Shown here: positions 42,908 through 51,197 of the stretch, piece after piece
Position numbering within the stretch: the first letter of the stretch is position 1
How the letters are laid out: the number at the start of each line of letters is the position of its first letter
Assembly (NCBI GenBank): GCA_003663355.1
Contig: QMZV01000001.1
Coordinates: forward strand, 1 to 55,624
Length of the DNA: 55,624 bases
From: Candidatus Aenigmatarchaeota archaeon
GTDB taxonomy: Archaea > Aenigmatarchaeota > Aenigmatarchaeia > QMZS01
Reading direction: 5' to 3'
Notes under the pieces: model-generated
The model's database searches: none
Told to the model about the DNA's origin: nothing
What the model saw: the letters and a program-made list of their open reading frames with translations, nothing else
Program-made: the position numbers and the translations under genes

Positions 42908-43819
42908 TTAGAGTTTTTCAAGTTTAAGCAATTCTTCCCAATTTTTATCAACATTTTCCTGTATTTTTTCAATTATCTTTCTATTTTCTGGTTTGAACAA
43001 ATGTTTAAATCTCCCTTGCAATTTTAAAAATTCTTCTACAGGCAATTTTTTTGCTGGTTTGTAATTAATTTTATATTTTCCGTTTTCATATTCATAAAGA
43101 GGCCAGAAACAGGTTTCTGTTGCTTTTTTTGCAACTTCTATTGTTAAACTTGAATCAAATTTCCAGTTTGTTGGGCATGGTTCCAATGCAACAATAACCG
43201 CAGGTGTGTTTTTAAAAGCCTTCTTTACTTTTTCAGTTAAATCAGAATAATCATGTATAGAAGTTTGTGCAACATAAGGAATATTGTGGGCTATTGCAAT
43301 CTTTGCTAAATCTTTTCTATATTCTTCTTTCCCCTGCTTTATTTTTCCTACCGGAGTTGTTGTTGTTCCTGCTCCTAAGGGTGTTGCAGAACTTCTCTGA
43401 TTTCCTGTATTTTGATAGGCTTCATTATCATAGCACAAAAAAACACAATTATGCCCTCTCTCAAGCATTCCTGATAAGGATTGCAATCCAATATCATATG
43501 AGCCACCATCTCCAGCAATTCCCAAAAATTTTATTTCTTTGCTTATTTTTCCCTTCTTTTTCAAAACTTTATAAGCTGTTTCAACCCCGGAAATTGTTGC
43601 AGCAGTATTTTCAAAAGCATTATGAATCCAAGGGACAGGCCAACTCGTAAAAGGAAATGGGGTTGTTATAATTTCTAAGCAACCAGTTCCAGTTGCTACA
43701 ATAACATTATCTACAGCAGACAAAACTTGTTTAATCAAAATTGGAATTCCGCATCCAGCACATCCTCTATGACCAGATTCTAAACCTCTGTTTTTAGCAA
43801 CAATTTCCTTAGCATTCAT
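42908..43819 (-). CDS. 2-oxoacid:ferredoxin oxidoreductase beta (TPP-binding) subunit, PorB-like
   Basis: GHRGCAGCG, GDGGSYDIGLQSLSG and DNEAYQNTGNQRSSATP. No alpha, gamma or delta subunit genes are adjacent. Confidence 0.85.
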   Translation of the reverse strand: MNAKEIVAKNRGLESGHRGCAGCGIPILIKQVLSAVDNVIVATGTGCLEIITTPFPFTSWPVPWIHNAFENTAATISGVETAYKVLKKKGKISKEIKFLGIAGDGGSYDIGLQSLSGMLERGHNCVFLCYDNEAYQNTGNQRSSATPLGAGTTTTPVGKIKQGKEEYRKDLAKIAIAHNIPYVAQTSIHDYSDLTEKVKKAFKNTPAVIVALEPCPTNWKFDSSLTIEVAKKATETCFWPLYEYENGKYKINYKPAKKLPVEEFLKLQGRFKHLFKPENRKIIEKIQENVDKNWEELLKLEKL

Positions 43820-43845
43820 ATAATAAATATTTTTAAATTAATTTT

Positions 43846-44235
43846 ATGGCAGCCGGAAAAAAAGGGATAGTTCATATTTACTCAAGTGATAATAATACAA
43901 TTGTTCATATCACAGATATTACTGGAGCAGAGACAATATCAAGAGTTTCTGGGGGAATGGTTACTAAAGCAGATCGATTAAAAGGTGCAGCATTTCAAGG
44001 AATGCTTGTGGCTCAAAAAGCAGTATCTGAAGCAAAAGAAAAAGGAATAACTGAAGTTAGTATAAGAATAAGGGCTCCTGGAGGACATAGACAATTATCT
44101 GTTGGAAAGGGTGTCCAACCTGCAATCAAAGCAATATCTAAAAGCGGATTAAAAGTAAATATTATTGAGGATGTAACCCCAATAATTCATGGTTATATGA
44201 GGAGAAAAGGAGTAAGAAGAGGAAGAAGATTATAG
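43846..44235 (+). CDS. rps11: 30S ribosomal protein uS11
   Basis: GIVHIYSSDNNTIVHITDITGAETISRVSGGMVTKADR...IEDVTPIIHG...RRGRRL, collinear with archaeal S11. Confidence 0.9.
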   Translation: MAAGKKGIVHIYSSDNNTIVHITDITGAETISRVSGGMVTKADRLKGAAFQGMLVAQKAVSEAKEKGITEVSIRIRAPGGHRQLSVGKGVQPAIKAISKSGLKVNIIEDVTPIIHGYMRRKGVRRGRRL

Positions 44236-44239
44236 TAAA

Positions 44240-45520
44240 CTACTCCCAGCTATTGCATGGAGCTTTATAGGCCATAAGACCTAAAGGGTGGTTTACGCAC
44301 CCTTTAACATTAGGGAGCGTTGCCCTAATGCCAATGTTTGCAGATGCGTTGAAATCCGCATTGTATGTGTGTTTGCAATGTTCGCAAAAGAAAGTTGCAT
44401 TGATTCTCAAACCTTGAGAACCACAAAGATGGCATGTCTTAGAGGTATTTTTAGGAGAAACAAGTTTAACTCTTATCCCTTCCCATTTTGCTTTATAGAT
44501 AGTGTATTTAACAACTTTACCTCTTATCCAATTGCTAATTCTTCTATTATTCTTCCTCAAATTTTTACCCTTAACAGGATACAATCTTTTAAGATTCTCC
44601 ATTGCTATAATAGAATTATTTTCCTTAGCAATTTCAACAATTCTCTTACTAACATTATGAGCAATCCAATCGTTCATTCTTCTTATTCTTTTCCACAACT
44701 TTTGAATTCTCTTGCTTGTTCTCTGTCCCTCTGGCAACATAGATTTAAGCTCATCAATACGATGCCAGAGCATTCTTATTTTGTGCATAAGCTTTCTGTA
44801 TTTCAAAAATTCAACCTTAGTAATTTTTCCGTTCTTGTAGAGCAAAGTTATAATAGCATTATACCTCAAACCCAAATCCACTCCAATAATACCATCATAA
44901 GTCTGCTTAATTTCAACTTCTTTCTTTATAGGAATGGAAAAGTAAAACCAATCATCCCTTCTAATCAATTGAAATGCTCCAATTTTATATTCTCCATTCA
45001 AAGCATCTTTAAGCAATTGTTTTTGCATTTTTCCGCACTCAATAGGGATAGTAATCCTTTTATCTCCATTAACTTTTACTTTAAAGAAAAAATCAAACTT
45101 TTTACCTTGCTCAAACACGCTGACAACCCGAGGATAATTAACTCTTACAGTAAATTCCTCAACTTTTGGCAAAGATGCTTTTTTACCTTTTCTAATCAAT
45201 TGAGCATAAGAGTTAATAGCTTCTACAACTACATCTCTGATTTCTTGAACAGTTTGACTTCCAATATCAAAACTTTCTTTGATTTGCCTGTAAAGTTTTT
45301 GATGGAGAAGATTTTTCAAATCTTTAGAGGTTATTTCCCCAGAGCAAAGTTTTTCCTCCAGAGAATTCTCAAGAATGTAAGAATAGTAAAGTCTTGCTAT
45401 GGTTTGATAGGTGTTAAAAAAATTCCTCAAAGAAAGGAATTTATCTCTGTTGACCTTCTTAGAAACTTTCACCATAATGCTTTTAGCAACCTGCATAATT
45501 ATATTTTTTAGAAAGAACAT
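44240..45520 (-). CDS. tnpB: TnpB (IS200/IS605-family OrfB, RNA-guided nuclease family)
   Basis: IGVDLGLRYNA (RuvC-I), IAMENLK (RuvC-II), zinc finger CHLCGS...CEHCKH and NADFNASANIG (RuvC-III). No tnpA is present. Confidence 0.85.
   Translation of the reverse strand: MFFLKNIIMQVAKSIMVKVSKKVNRDKFLSLRNFFNTYQTIARLYYSYILENSLEEKLCSGEITSKDLKNLLHQKLYRQIKESFDIGSQTVQEIRDVVVEAINSYAQLIRKGKKASLPKVEEFTVRVNYPRVVSVFEQGKKFDFFFKVKVNGDKRITIPIECGKMQKQLLKDALNGEYKIGAFQLIRRDDWFYFSIPIKKEVEIKQTYDGIIGVDLGLRYNAIITLLYKNGKITKVEFLKYRKLMHKIRMLWHRIDELKSMLPEGQRTSKRIQKLWKRIRRMNDWIAHNVSKRIVEIAKENNSIIAMENLKRLYPVKGKNLRKNNRRISNWIRGKVVKYTIYKAKWEGIRVKLVSPKNTSKTCHLCGSQGLRINATFFCEHCKHTYNADFNASANIGIRATLPNVKGCVNHPLGLMAYKAPCNSWE
44283..44330 (-). 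ncRNA. candidate TnpB omega/reRNA scaffold hairpins (or IS right-end structures)
   Basis: Two adjacent perfect 8-bp stem-loops inside the last ~30 codons of tnpB: aaagggtg/caccctt(t) at 44283-44305 and cattaggg/ccctaatg at 44308-44330. Locally GC-rich. Confidence 0.3.
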
Positions 45521-45582
45521 ATTTATATGTTTCCCTCAATTCCCATCACCCTCTATGATGGAGTCTCCTTAAGGTGTTTAAG

Positions 45583-46098
45583 ATGAAAAGGAGAAAAGAG
45601 ATTAAACTAAAGAAAATTATTATAATTTTTGTTCTGCTGTTGATTATTTTCCTTTTAATTCCAGAGCAGACAAGTTTTGAAAACTATGAAGAAATGCATG
45701 TTAAAGAAGTAAAATATACCGATGGAGGAGCTTTAGTTATTCTTTCAAATAATTATCATGAGTTCTCTTTTTATACAACAAAAGAACAGGGAGAATCAAT
45801 AGAATTCGGTTTATATAATAAATCAACTAAAAGACCTCTAACCCATGACATATTTGTATCATCACTAAGAAAATTTGGAATAAGTGTGAGTAATTTAAAG
45901 ATAACAAAATTAATTGAAGGAACTTATTATGCTGAACTAACTTTAAAACAATTCATATTTTCAAAGAAAATAGATATTAGACCAAGTGATGGTGTTGCAA
46001 TTGCAATAAGAACAAATGCAAAAATTTATGTAAACAAGGATTTGGTTTCAGAAACAAATCAAGAAACTTCAGTTACTCCTCAAACTCTTCTTTATTGA
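45583..46098 (+). CDS. bifunctional nuclease (DUF151/BFN) domain protein with an N-terminal TM helix
   Basis: RPLTHDIFVSSLRKFG, EGTYYAELTL and IDIRPSDGVAIAIRTNAKIYV match BFN-domain conserved blocks. Confidence 0.7.
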   Translation: MKRRKEIKLKKIIIIFVLLLIIFLLIPEQTSFENYEEMHVKEVKYTDGGALVILSNNYHEFSFYTTKEQGESIEFGLYNKSTKRPLTHDIFVSSLRKFGISVSNLKITKLIEGTYYAELTLKQFIFSKKIDIRPSDGVAIAIRTNAKIYVNKDLVSETNQETSVTPQTLLY

Positions 46099-46100
46099 TT

Positions 46101-46862
46101 CTAATTTTTTACTTCTAAAATTCTTCTCAATTCTTTCTGTTTCTCGGCACCAATTTCAAAAATTTTTGAAATCTCTTTCATTCCTATTCCTTCAATTCCT
46201 GTTTTTTGCATTGCACAAATTGTATTCTCATTCAAATATGAAATAGAAACAGAAAAATCAGCACTCTCTTCTTCCAATCTGTCTAAATCAACAAGATATT
46301 TATCATTTATTTTTGAGATTGTTACAATAACAGGAACAGTTTTAATATTAATTTTTTTATCAGAGTTTGTTATTTTACCTTCCTTCAGTATTGGCATGTT
46401 TGTGTTCATTAATGCTTTCACTGCCGCTAAATTTAGAGCATCAAGCAAGTTTCCATCATAGCTTAGAACATAGCAATCTATGAATATTTGAAAAGATTGA
46501 TTTCCTGGAGAGATGCAGAACTCCTTTAAATCAAGCATCTTGCTCTCTCTAATACTTCTATCCAAAACTCTGCTTATTTCTATATCTGCGTTTGATGGCA
46601 TGTCTTTCCAAACAATTGGTGTGTAGTTTACAGAGACAACCAAACCTCCTTCATCTGGTGTATCTGAATATGGTTCCATTAAACCGAACTTTACACCGAC
46701 AATAACTTTTGTCTCTCCTATGGATAAATAACAACTTCCATTTGCTTTTTTTATTTTATTAACATCAGAGGTTATTTTTCTGTATTCTAGCAGTTTTCTA
46801 GAACTTATCCTTTCTCCCTTTGAGATTAAATCTCTAATAAGTTCAGGTGATGCAATTCTCAT
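46101..46862 (-). CDS. rrp42: exosome complex component Rrp42 (RNase PH-like)
   Basis: Collinear with my recollection of Sulfolobus Rrp42: KANGSCYLSIGETKVIVGVK, PYSDTPDEGGLVVSV, RVLDRSIRESKMLDL and VLSYDGNLLDALNLAAVKAL. Confidence 0.8.
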   Translation of the reverse strand: MRIASPELIRDLISKGERISSRKLLEYRKITSDVNKIKKANGSCYLSIGETKVIVGVKFGLMEPYSDTPDEGGLVVSVNYTPIVWKDMPSNADIEISRVLDRSIRESKMLDLKEFCISPGNQSFQIFIDCYVLSYDGNLLDALNLAAVKALMNTNMPILKEGKITNSDKKINIKTVPVIVTISKINDKYLVDLDRLEEESADFSVSISYLNENTICAMQKTGIEGIGMKEISKIFEIGAEKQKELRRILEVKN

Positions 46863-46891
46863 AATTTTAAATTTAAAGTTTAAATAGGTTT

Positions 46892-47410
46892 ATGTCTTTA
46901 AAATATATATCCTTATCTGAACAAAGATTTCTGCTTGATACAAACATTTATGGATTGCTTGCTGAAAAGACTCAAGTTCGTCAAAAGTTAGAAGAAAATT
47001 TAGAAAAAAAGAAAATACTAATCTATGGGGCAAATGTTATAAGAAGAGAGTTAAGAAAAGTTCCAAAAGATTCAAGACTTGAAGGAAAAAAATTAAGACT
47101 GGTTTTGTTGCAATTATATGACAAAGTTATAAAGAAAGAATTGATAACAACAGATTTAGCAATATCTCTTGCAAAGAAATATTTTAATGAGTATAGAAAA
47201 TTTGGTGGAATTAATAGTTACAACAAACTTAAAAATGATTTCTTAATTGTTGCATTATCTTCATTATATGCTTTGGATATTATTGTAACAGAAGACAACA
47301 AAACAATGGCTTCAAAGAGAGCAAATCAAAGTTACTTGATTGTAAATACAAAAAATAAACTAAGAACACCAAAGTTTATAAGTTTTAAAGATTTTTACTT
47401 AATTCTATAA
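46892..47410 (+). CDS. PIN-domain protein (VapC-like)
   Basis: FLLDTNIYGLL (first acidic residue) and NDFLIVALSSLYALDIIVTEDNK (distal acidic residues). Confidence 0.55.
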   Translation: MSLKYISLSEQRFLLDTNIYGLLAEKTQVRQKLEENLEKKKILIYGANVIRRELRKVPKDSRLEGKKLRLVLLQLYDKVIKKELITTDLAISLAKKYFNEYRKFGGINSYNKLKNDFLIVALSSLYALDIIVTEDNKTMASKRANQSYLIVNTKNKLRTPKFISFKDFYLIL

Positions 47411-47696
47411 GTTATTGAGAGGTAATTCTAATAAATTCTCTCAAATCTTTTCTAAACTCTGGATCTTTTTTATATTCTTCTATTATATTGTTTAGTTCTT
47501 TCCAAGTTATTTTTCTATTGTTCATAATAACTATATTTTGCAAAAGTATTTATAGATTTCTATAATCTACTATATATTACAGCTATAATCGGTTTTTGGG
47601 ACAAAAATAATCCCTACTCTTTCACTATAATTACATAAGCTTTTGAAATAGCGATAGCTATGATCAAGGAAATGTAAGGATAAAAGTAAACTTTAG

Positions 47697-47829
47697 CGCT
47701 GGGGCTGGGATTCGAACCCAGGTTCCCAGATGGGAACATGCTTAGCAGGCATGCGCCTTATTGTGGAAGTTTTCATTTGCTTAAACCTTTTTTAAAGGAA
47801 AAAGACTTTAACCACTCGGCCACCCCAGC
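47697..47829 (-). tRNA. tRNA-Ser(GCU) with a ~50-nt non-canonical intron in the D-loop
   Basis: Acceptor GCUGGGG/CCCCAGC with G73. Anticodon arm CAUGC-CUGCUAA-GCAUG. Long variable arm UUCCC-AUCU-GGGAA. T arm CUGGG-UUCGAAU-CCCAG. D-arm GCCGAGUGGUU...AAGGC is interrupted at about 47760-47809. No encoded CCA. Confidence 0.85.
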
Positions 47830-47847
47830 ATAAATTAAGAATTTGGT

Positions 47848-47855
47848 ATTTAAAT
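47848..47855. promoter_or_regulatory. palindromic TATA-like box (atttaaat) between the tRNA 5' end and the divergent lipoprotein gene
   Basis: Centred about 23 nt from the tRNA 5' end (47829) and about 26 nt from the ATG at 47878. The background is AT-rich, so specificity is weak. Confidence 0.25.
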
Positions 47856-47877
47856 ATTATAAAATTATAATAAATAT

Positions 47878-48792
47878 ATGAATAAAGAGATTTTAGCACT
47901 TTTGCTAGTTAGTTTGGTGGTTTTAGTTAGTGGTTGTACAATGCCTTTTGGTGGAGGCGGAGAAGAACAAGCAACACCGGGACCTGGTACGAAAGGAGTA
48001 GTAATTGAAAGTTTTACTTCTGATATTGACTATATTGTTGGTGATGGAACTCAAAAAATAGATTTGAAATTAACAGCAAGAAATATTGGATCAGAGATTG
48101 CCAAAGATATTAAGGTTAGAGGACAGAGATTAAGTTGGAGTGGATTTTTAACAGAAGAGGATTGTGCTCCAGAACTAGAACCACCAAATCCAGAGATAAA
48201 TAAGGAAGGTCAAATATGTGTAGTAACTTGGGAAGATCTTACTGTACCAGAAGTGAAGAAAGTTCAAGATTATACAGCAACAGCAATATTAAGTTATAAA
48301 TATAAAACTACAGCAACTTCTAACGCTTATGTTATAAAAAATTGGAAATTGCAAGCAATGAAAGAGGCAGGAGAGACAATTCCCAAAACAGAACCAACAG
48401 TAAATTCAGATGCTCCTGTTCAGCTAGAATTTAGATTTTCAGAAGACCCTTTAATAGCAAAAGAAGATGGAACTAGAACAGTTGCAGGAACATTGATTAT
48501 AAGAAAAGTTGGCACAGGAAATTTAGAGTATGATAAAACAGCGAGAAGATATAAGATAGATAGCATAAAAATAGAAAATCCATCAATAAGTGGAATTACA
48601 ATAGATTCTGGTACTTGTTCAGGTGTTGTAAATATGAGAGGGGATAGAGAAGGAGAATGTAATTTTAAAGTAAATATAGATGGAAGCAAGCTGCCTTCAG
48701 ATATTGTAAAAGTTCCATTAAAGGCAATAGCAAATTACACTTTTGTTGTTGGCAAGGATTTGATATTGACTGTTCATCCCAAATTAGAATAA
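47878..48792 (+). CDS. lipoprotein-type secreted protein, CARDB-like
   Basis: Signal plus lipobox (LLVSLVVLVSGC), a G/P linker, then VVIESFTSD...IDLKLTARNIGSEIAKDIKV. Resembles the ectodomain of 36547..38121. Confidence 0.6.
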   Translation: MNKEILALLLVSLVVLVSGCTMPFGGGGEEQATPGPGTKGVVIESFTSDIDYIVGDGTQKIDLKLTARNIGSEIAKDIKVRGQRLSWSGFLTEEDCAPELEPPNPEINKEGQICVVTWEDLTVPEVKKVQDYTATAILSYKYKTTATSNAYVIKNWKLQAMKEAGETIPKTEPTVNSDAPVQLEFRFSEDPLIAKEDGTRTVAGTLIIRKVGTGNLEYDKTARRYKIDSIKIENPSISGITIDSGTCSGVVNMRGDREGECNFKVNIDGSKLPSDIVKVPLKAIANYTFVVGKDLILTVHPKLE

Positions 48793-48807
48793 TTTTTTTA
48801 TTTTTTT

Positions 48808-50562
48808 ATGATTGATTACAAAAAATTAGGTTTAAAAGTCGGTATTGAAATCCATCAGAGATTGGCAACAAAAACAAAATTGTTCTGTAATTGCCAAACA
48901 GAAATTAAAGAAAATGAAAGGTCTGTTTTTGAATTTAAAAGAAAACTAAGGCCTACAGCAAGTGAAATTGGAGAAGTGGATAAGGCGGCAATGCAAGAAT
49001 TTTTAAGAGGAAAAGAATTTGTTTATCATTTCTATGAAAATTGCTGCTCAGTTGAAACAGATTCTCAATTTCCAAGAGAGTTAAATAAAGAAGGTCTGAT
49101 AATTAGTTTGCAGTTGGCAAAAATGTTAAAGATGCAAATTCCGGATGAACTCCAAATAATGAGAAAGGTTGTTATTGATGGAAGCAATACAGCCGGATAT
49201 CAAAGAACGGTTTTAATTGCAATTGGAAATGAAAATTCTTATATTGAAACAGAATTTGGAAAAGTTCATATAAAAGAATTGGAACTTGAGGAAGAAAGTG
49301 CAACAAAAATTAGAGAAGAAGGAAGTAAGATACATTATAGATTAGATAGACTTGGAATACCTCTAATTGAATTAAGCTGCGAGCCTGAAATTTGGCATCC
49401 AGAGCAGGCAAAAGAATATGCCTCAAAAATAGGATTAATTTTAAGAAGTTTAAAAGTTCAGAGAGGGATTGGAACAATAAGGCAAGATGTAAATATATCA
49501 ATAAAAGAAGGGGCAAGAATTGAAATAAAGGGTTTTCAGGATTTAAGGAATCTTAACAAACTTGTTGAAAATGAAGTTAAAAGGCAGTTAGATTTGATTT
49601 CAATAAAAAATCTTCTAAAGAACAAAAAAATAAATTTTGAGCAGAGAGAAGTAACGGATTTGTTTAAGAAATCAAACAGCAGAATATTAAAAGAGTTGTC
49701 AAAAACAAAAATTATTTGTTTAAAAATAAAAGAGTTTTCTGGATTATTCAAAAAGAAATGCGGAAATCTAACTTTGGGAAAAGAAATTTCAAATTATGCA
49801 AAATTTTTTGGAATTAAAGGAATTATTCATTCGGATGAAGACCTTAAAAAATATGGTTTAAGTCAAGAAGAAATTAAAAATTTAAAAAAAGAGTTAAGTA
49901 TAGGAAATAGAGATTTGTTTCTGCTAATTGGCGGAAAAAATTGCGATAGGTCTTTAGAATTAATAAAGAAAAGAATTTTGTTTTTAAAGAAGGGGGTGCC
50001 AGAAGAGACAAGATTTGCTGAAGGAGTAAATACAAGATATGGAAGAGAACTCCCAGGAGCTGCAAGAATGTATCCGGAAACAGATTTGCCAAAGATAGAA
50101 ATTGAAGATTATTTAAGAAAAATAGAAATCCCGGAGACCTTGGAAGAAAAAGCACAAAAATTCCAGAACCTCGGGCTGAACAAAGAACTTGCAGAGCAAA
50201 TTGTAATGAGCAAAGATTTAAAATTGTTTGAAGAATTTTTGAAATACAAAGTGGAGCCAAAGATAATTGCGAATCTAATTTTAAATACAAAAAAATATTT
50301 GGAAAGAAGTGGTAAAAAAATAAATAAAAAAGACCTTGAATTTGTCCTTGAATTGCTTGAAAAAAAGAAGATAACAAAAAAAGCAATTTTAGATGTTTTA
50401 GTTAATAAAAGTATAAGAGGTTTTGAACGAATTTCTGGAAAAGAACTTATAAAAATTGTTGAAGAATATAAAAGGAAATATAAAGAAAAAGCAATAAGTG
50501 AGATAATGAAGAAGTATGGAAAAAGGGTTGATAGTGAAGAGGTTTTAAAGTTATTAAGATGA
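48808..50562 (+). CDS. gatE: Glu-tRNA(Gln) amidotransferase subunit E
   Basis: LKVGIEIHQRLATKTKLFCNC, RKLRPTASEIGEVDKAA, MRKVVIDGSNTAGYQRT, YRLDRLGIPLIEL and GIGTIRQDVNISI, collinear with my recollection of archaeal GatE. Confidence 0.85.
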   Translation: MIDYKKLGLKVGIEIHQRLATKTKLFCNCQTEIKENERSVFEFKRKLRPTASEIGEVDKAAMQEFLRGKEFVYHFYENCCSVETDSQFPRELNKEGLIISLQLAKMLKMQIPDELQIMRKVVIDGSNTAGYQRTVLIAIGNENSYIETEFGKVHIKELELEEESATKIREEGSKIHYRLDRLGIPLIELSCEPEIWHPEQAKEYASKIGLILRSLKVQRGIGTIRQDVNISIKEGARIEIKGFQDLRNLNKLVENEVKRQLDLISIKNLLKNKKINFEQREVTDLFKKSNSRILKELSKTKIICLKIKEFSGLFKKKCGNLTLGKEISNYAKFFGIKGIIHSDEDLKKYGLSQEEIKNLKKELSIGNRDLFLLIGGKNCDRSLELIKKRILFLKKGVPEETRFAEGVNTRYGRELPGAARMYPETDLPKIEIEDYLRKIEIPETLEEKAQKFQNLGLNKELAEQIVMSKDLKLFEEFLKYKVEPKIIANLILNTKKYLERSGKKINKKDLEFVLELLEKKKITKKAILDVLVNKSIRGFERISGKELIKIVEEYKRKYKEKAISEIMKKYGKRVDSEEVLKLLR

Positions 50563-51197
50563 TAACAGCAAATTTTCATATACATACAAAATATTCTAAT
50601 GATTCAAATTTAGAGCCTTCTAAAATTCTAAAAATTTCAAAGAAACTAAAGGTTGATGTTCTTGGAATTTGCGATCACAACACAACAGAAGGAGGAATAC
50701 AAACAAAAAAATTGGCGAAAGATATTTTAGTTTTAGTAGGGCAAGAGATAAAAACAGAATATGGGGATATTGTTATTTTTGGGTATGAGGAGAACTTGAA
50801 AGGAGATTTATTTGAGATTTTAGATGAGGCAAAATCTAAAGACCTGTTTGTTGTCTTGCCGCATCCTTTTGATAAATATAGGCATGCAATTGGAAATAAT
50901 TTAGGTGAGGAGAAAATGAAAGAAATTATAAAAAAAATTGATGCAATAGAAGTTTTTAATTCCAGATGTCTTTCAAACAAAAGCAATAAGAAAGCACAAG
51001 AATTTGCTGCTAAATACAATATTCCAGGAATTGCTGCTTCAGATGCCCATTTTGCAAGTGAGTTAGGAAATGCAAGAAATTTTTTGAATTGCAATAAAAA
51101 AGAAGAAGAAATTTATAGAACAATAAAGAAAGGTAAAATAACTTGGGTTGGGAAAAGAACAAAACTTTTAAATCACATAAAGAAATTATGGAAATAA
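50559..51197 (+). CDS. PHP-domain metal-dependent phosphoesterase
   Basis: FHIHTKYS, ICDHNT, LPHPFD and ASDAHF. ATGA overlap with gatE. Confidence 0.75.
   Translation: MITANFHIHTKYSNDSNLEPSKILKISKKLKVDVLGICDHNTTEGGIQTKKLAKDILVLVGQEIKTEYGDIVIFGYEENLKGDLFEILDEAKSKDLFVVLPHPFDKYRHAIGNNLGEEKMKEIIKKIDAIEVFNSRCLSNKSNKKAQEFAAKYNIPGIAASDAHFASELGNARNFLNCNKKEEEIYRTIKKGKITWVGKRTKLLNHIKKLWK

Noticed and set aside
42327-43027. ORFs 42327..42809 (+) and 42833..43027 (+)
   Set aside because: They are antisense shadows of the coiled-coil genes, of the porB-like 3' end, and of the true uS14 gene (42744-42884, minus strand), which the track missed. Their translations are F/S/L-rich with no motifs.
44288-45511. 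407-aa ORF on the plus strand spanning almost all of tnpB
   Set aside because: It is antisense to a well-supported TnpB gene (RuvC motifs plus zinc finger). Its translation is low-complexity, rich in F, S, I, N and L, with no motifs. This is a typical stop-free shadow frame in AT-rich DNA.
49310-50585. Minus-strand ORFs within gatE (for example 49874..50386 and 50109..50585)
   Set aside because: They are antisense to a GatE gene that matches my recollection of archaeal GatE along its length. Their composition is low-complexity and hydrophobic.
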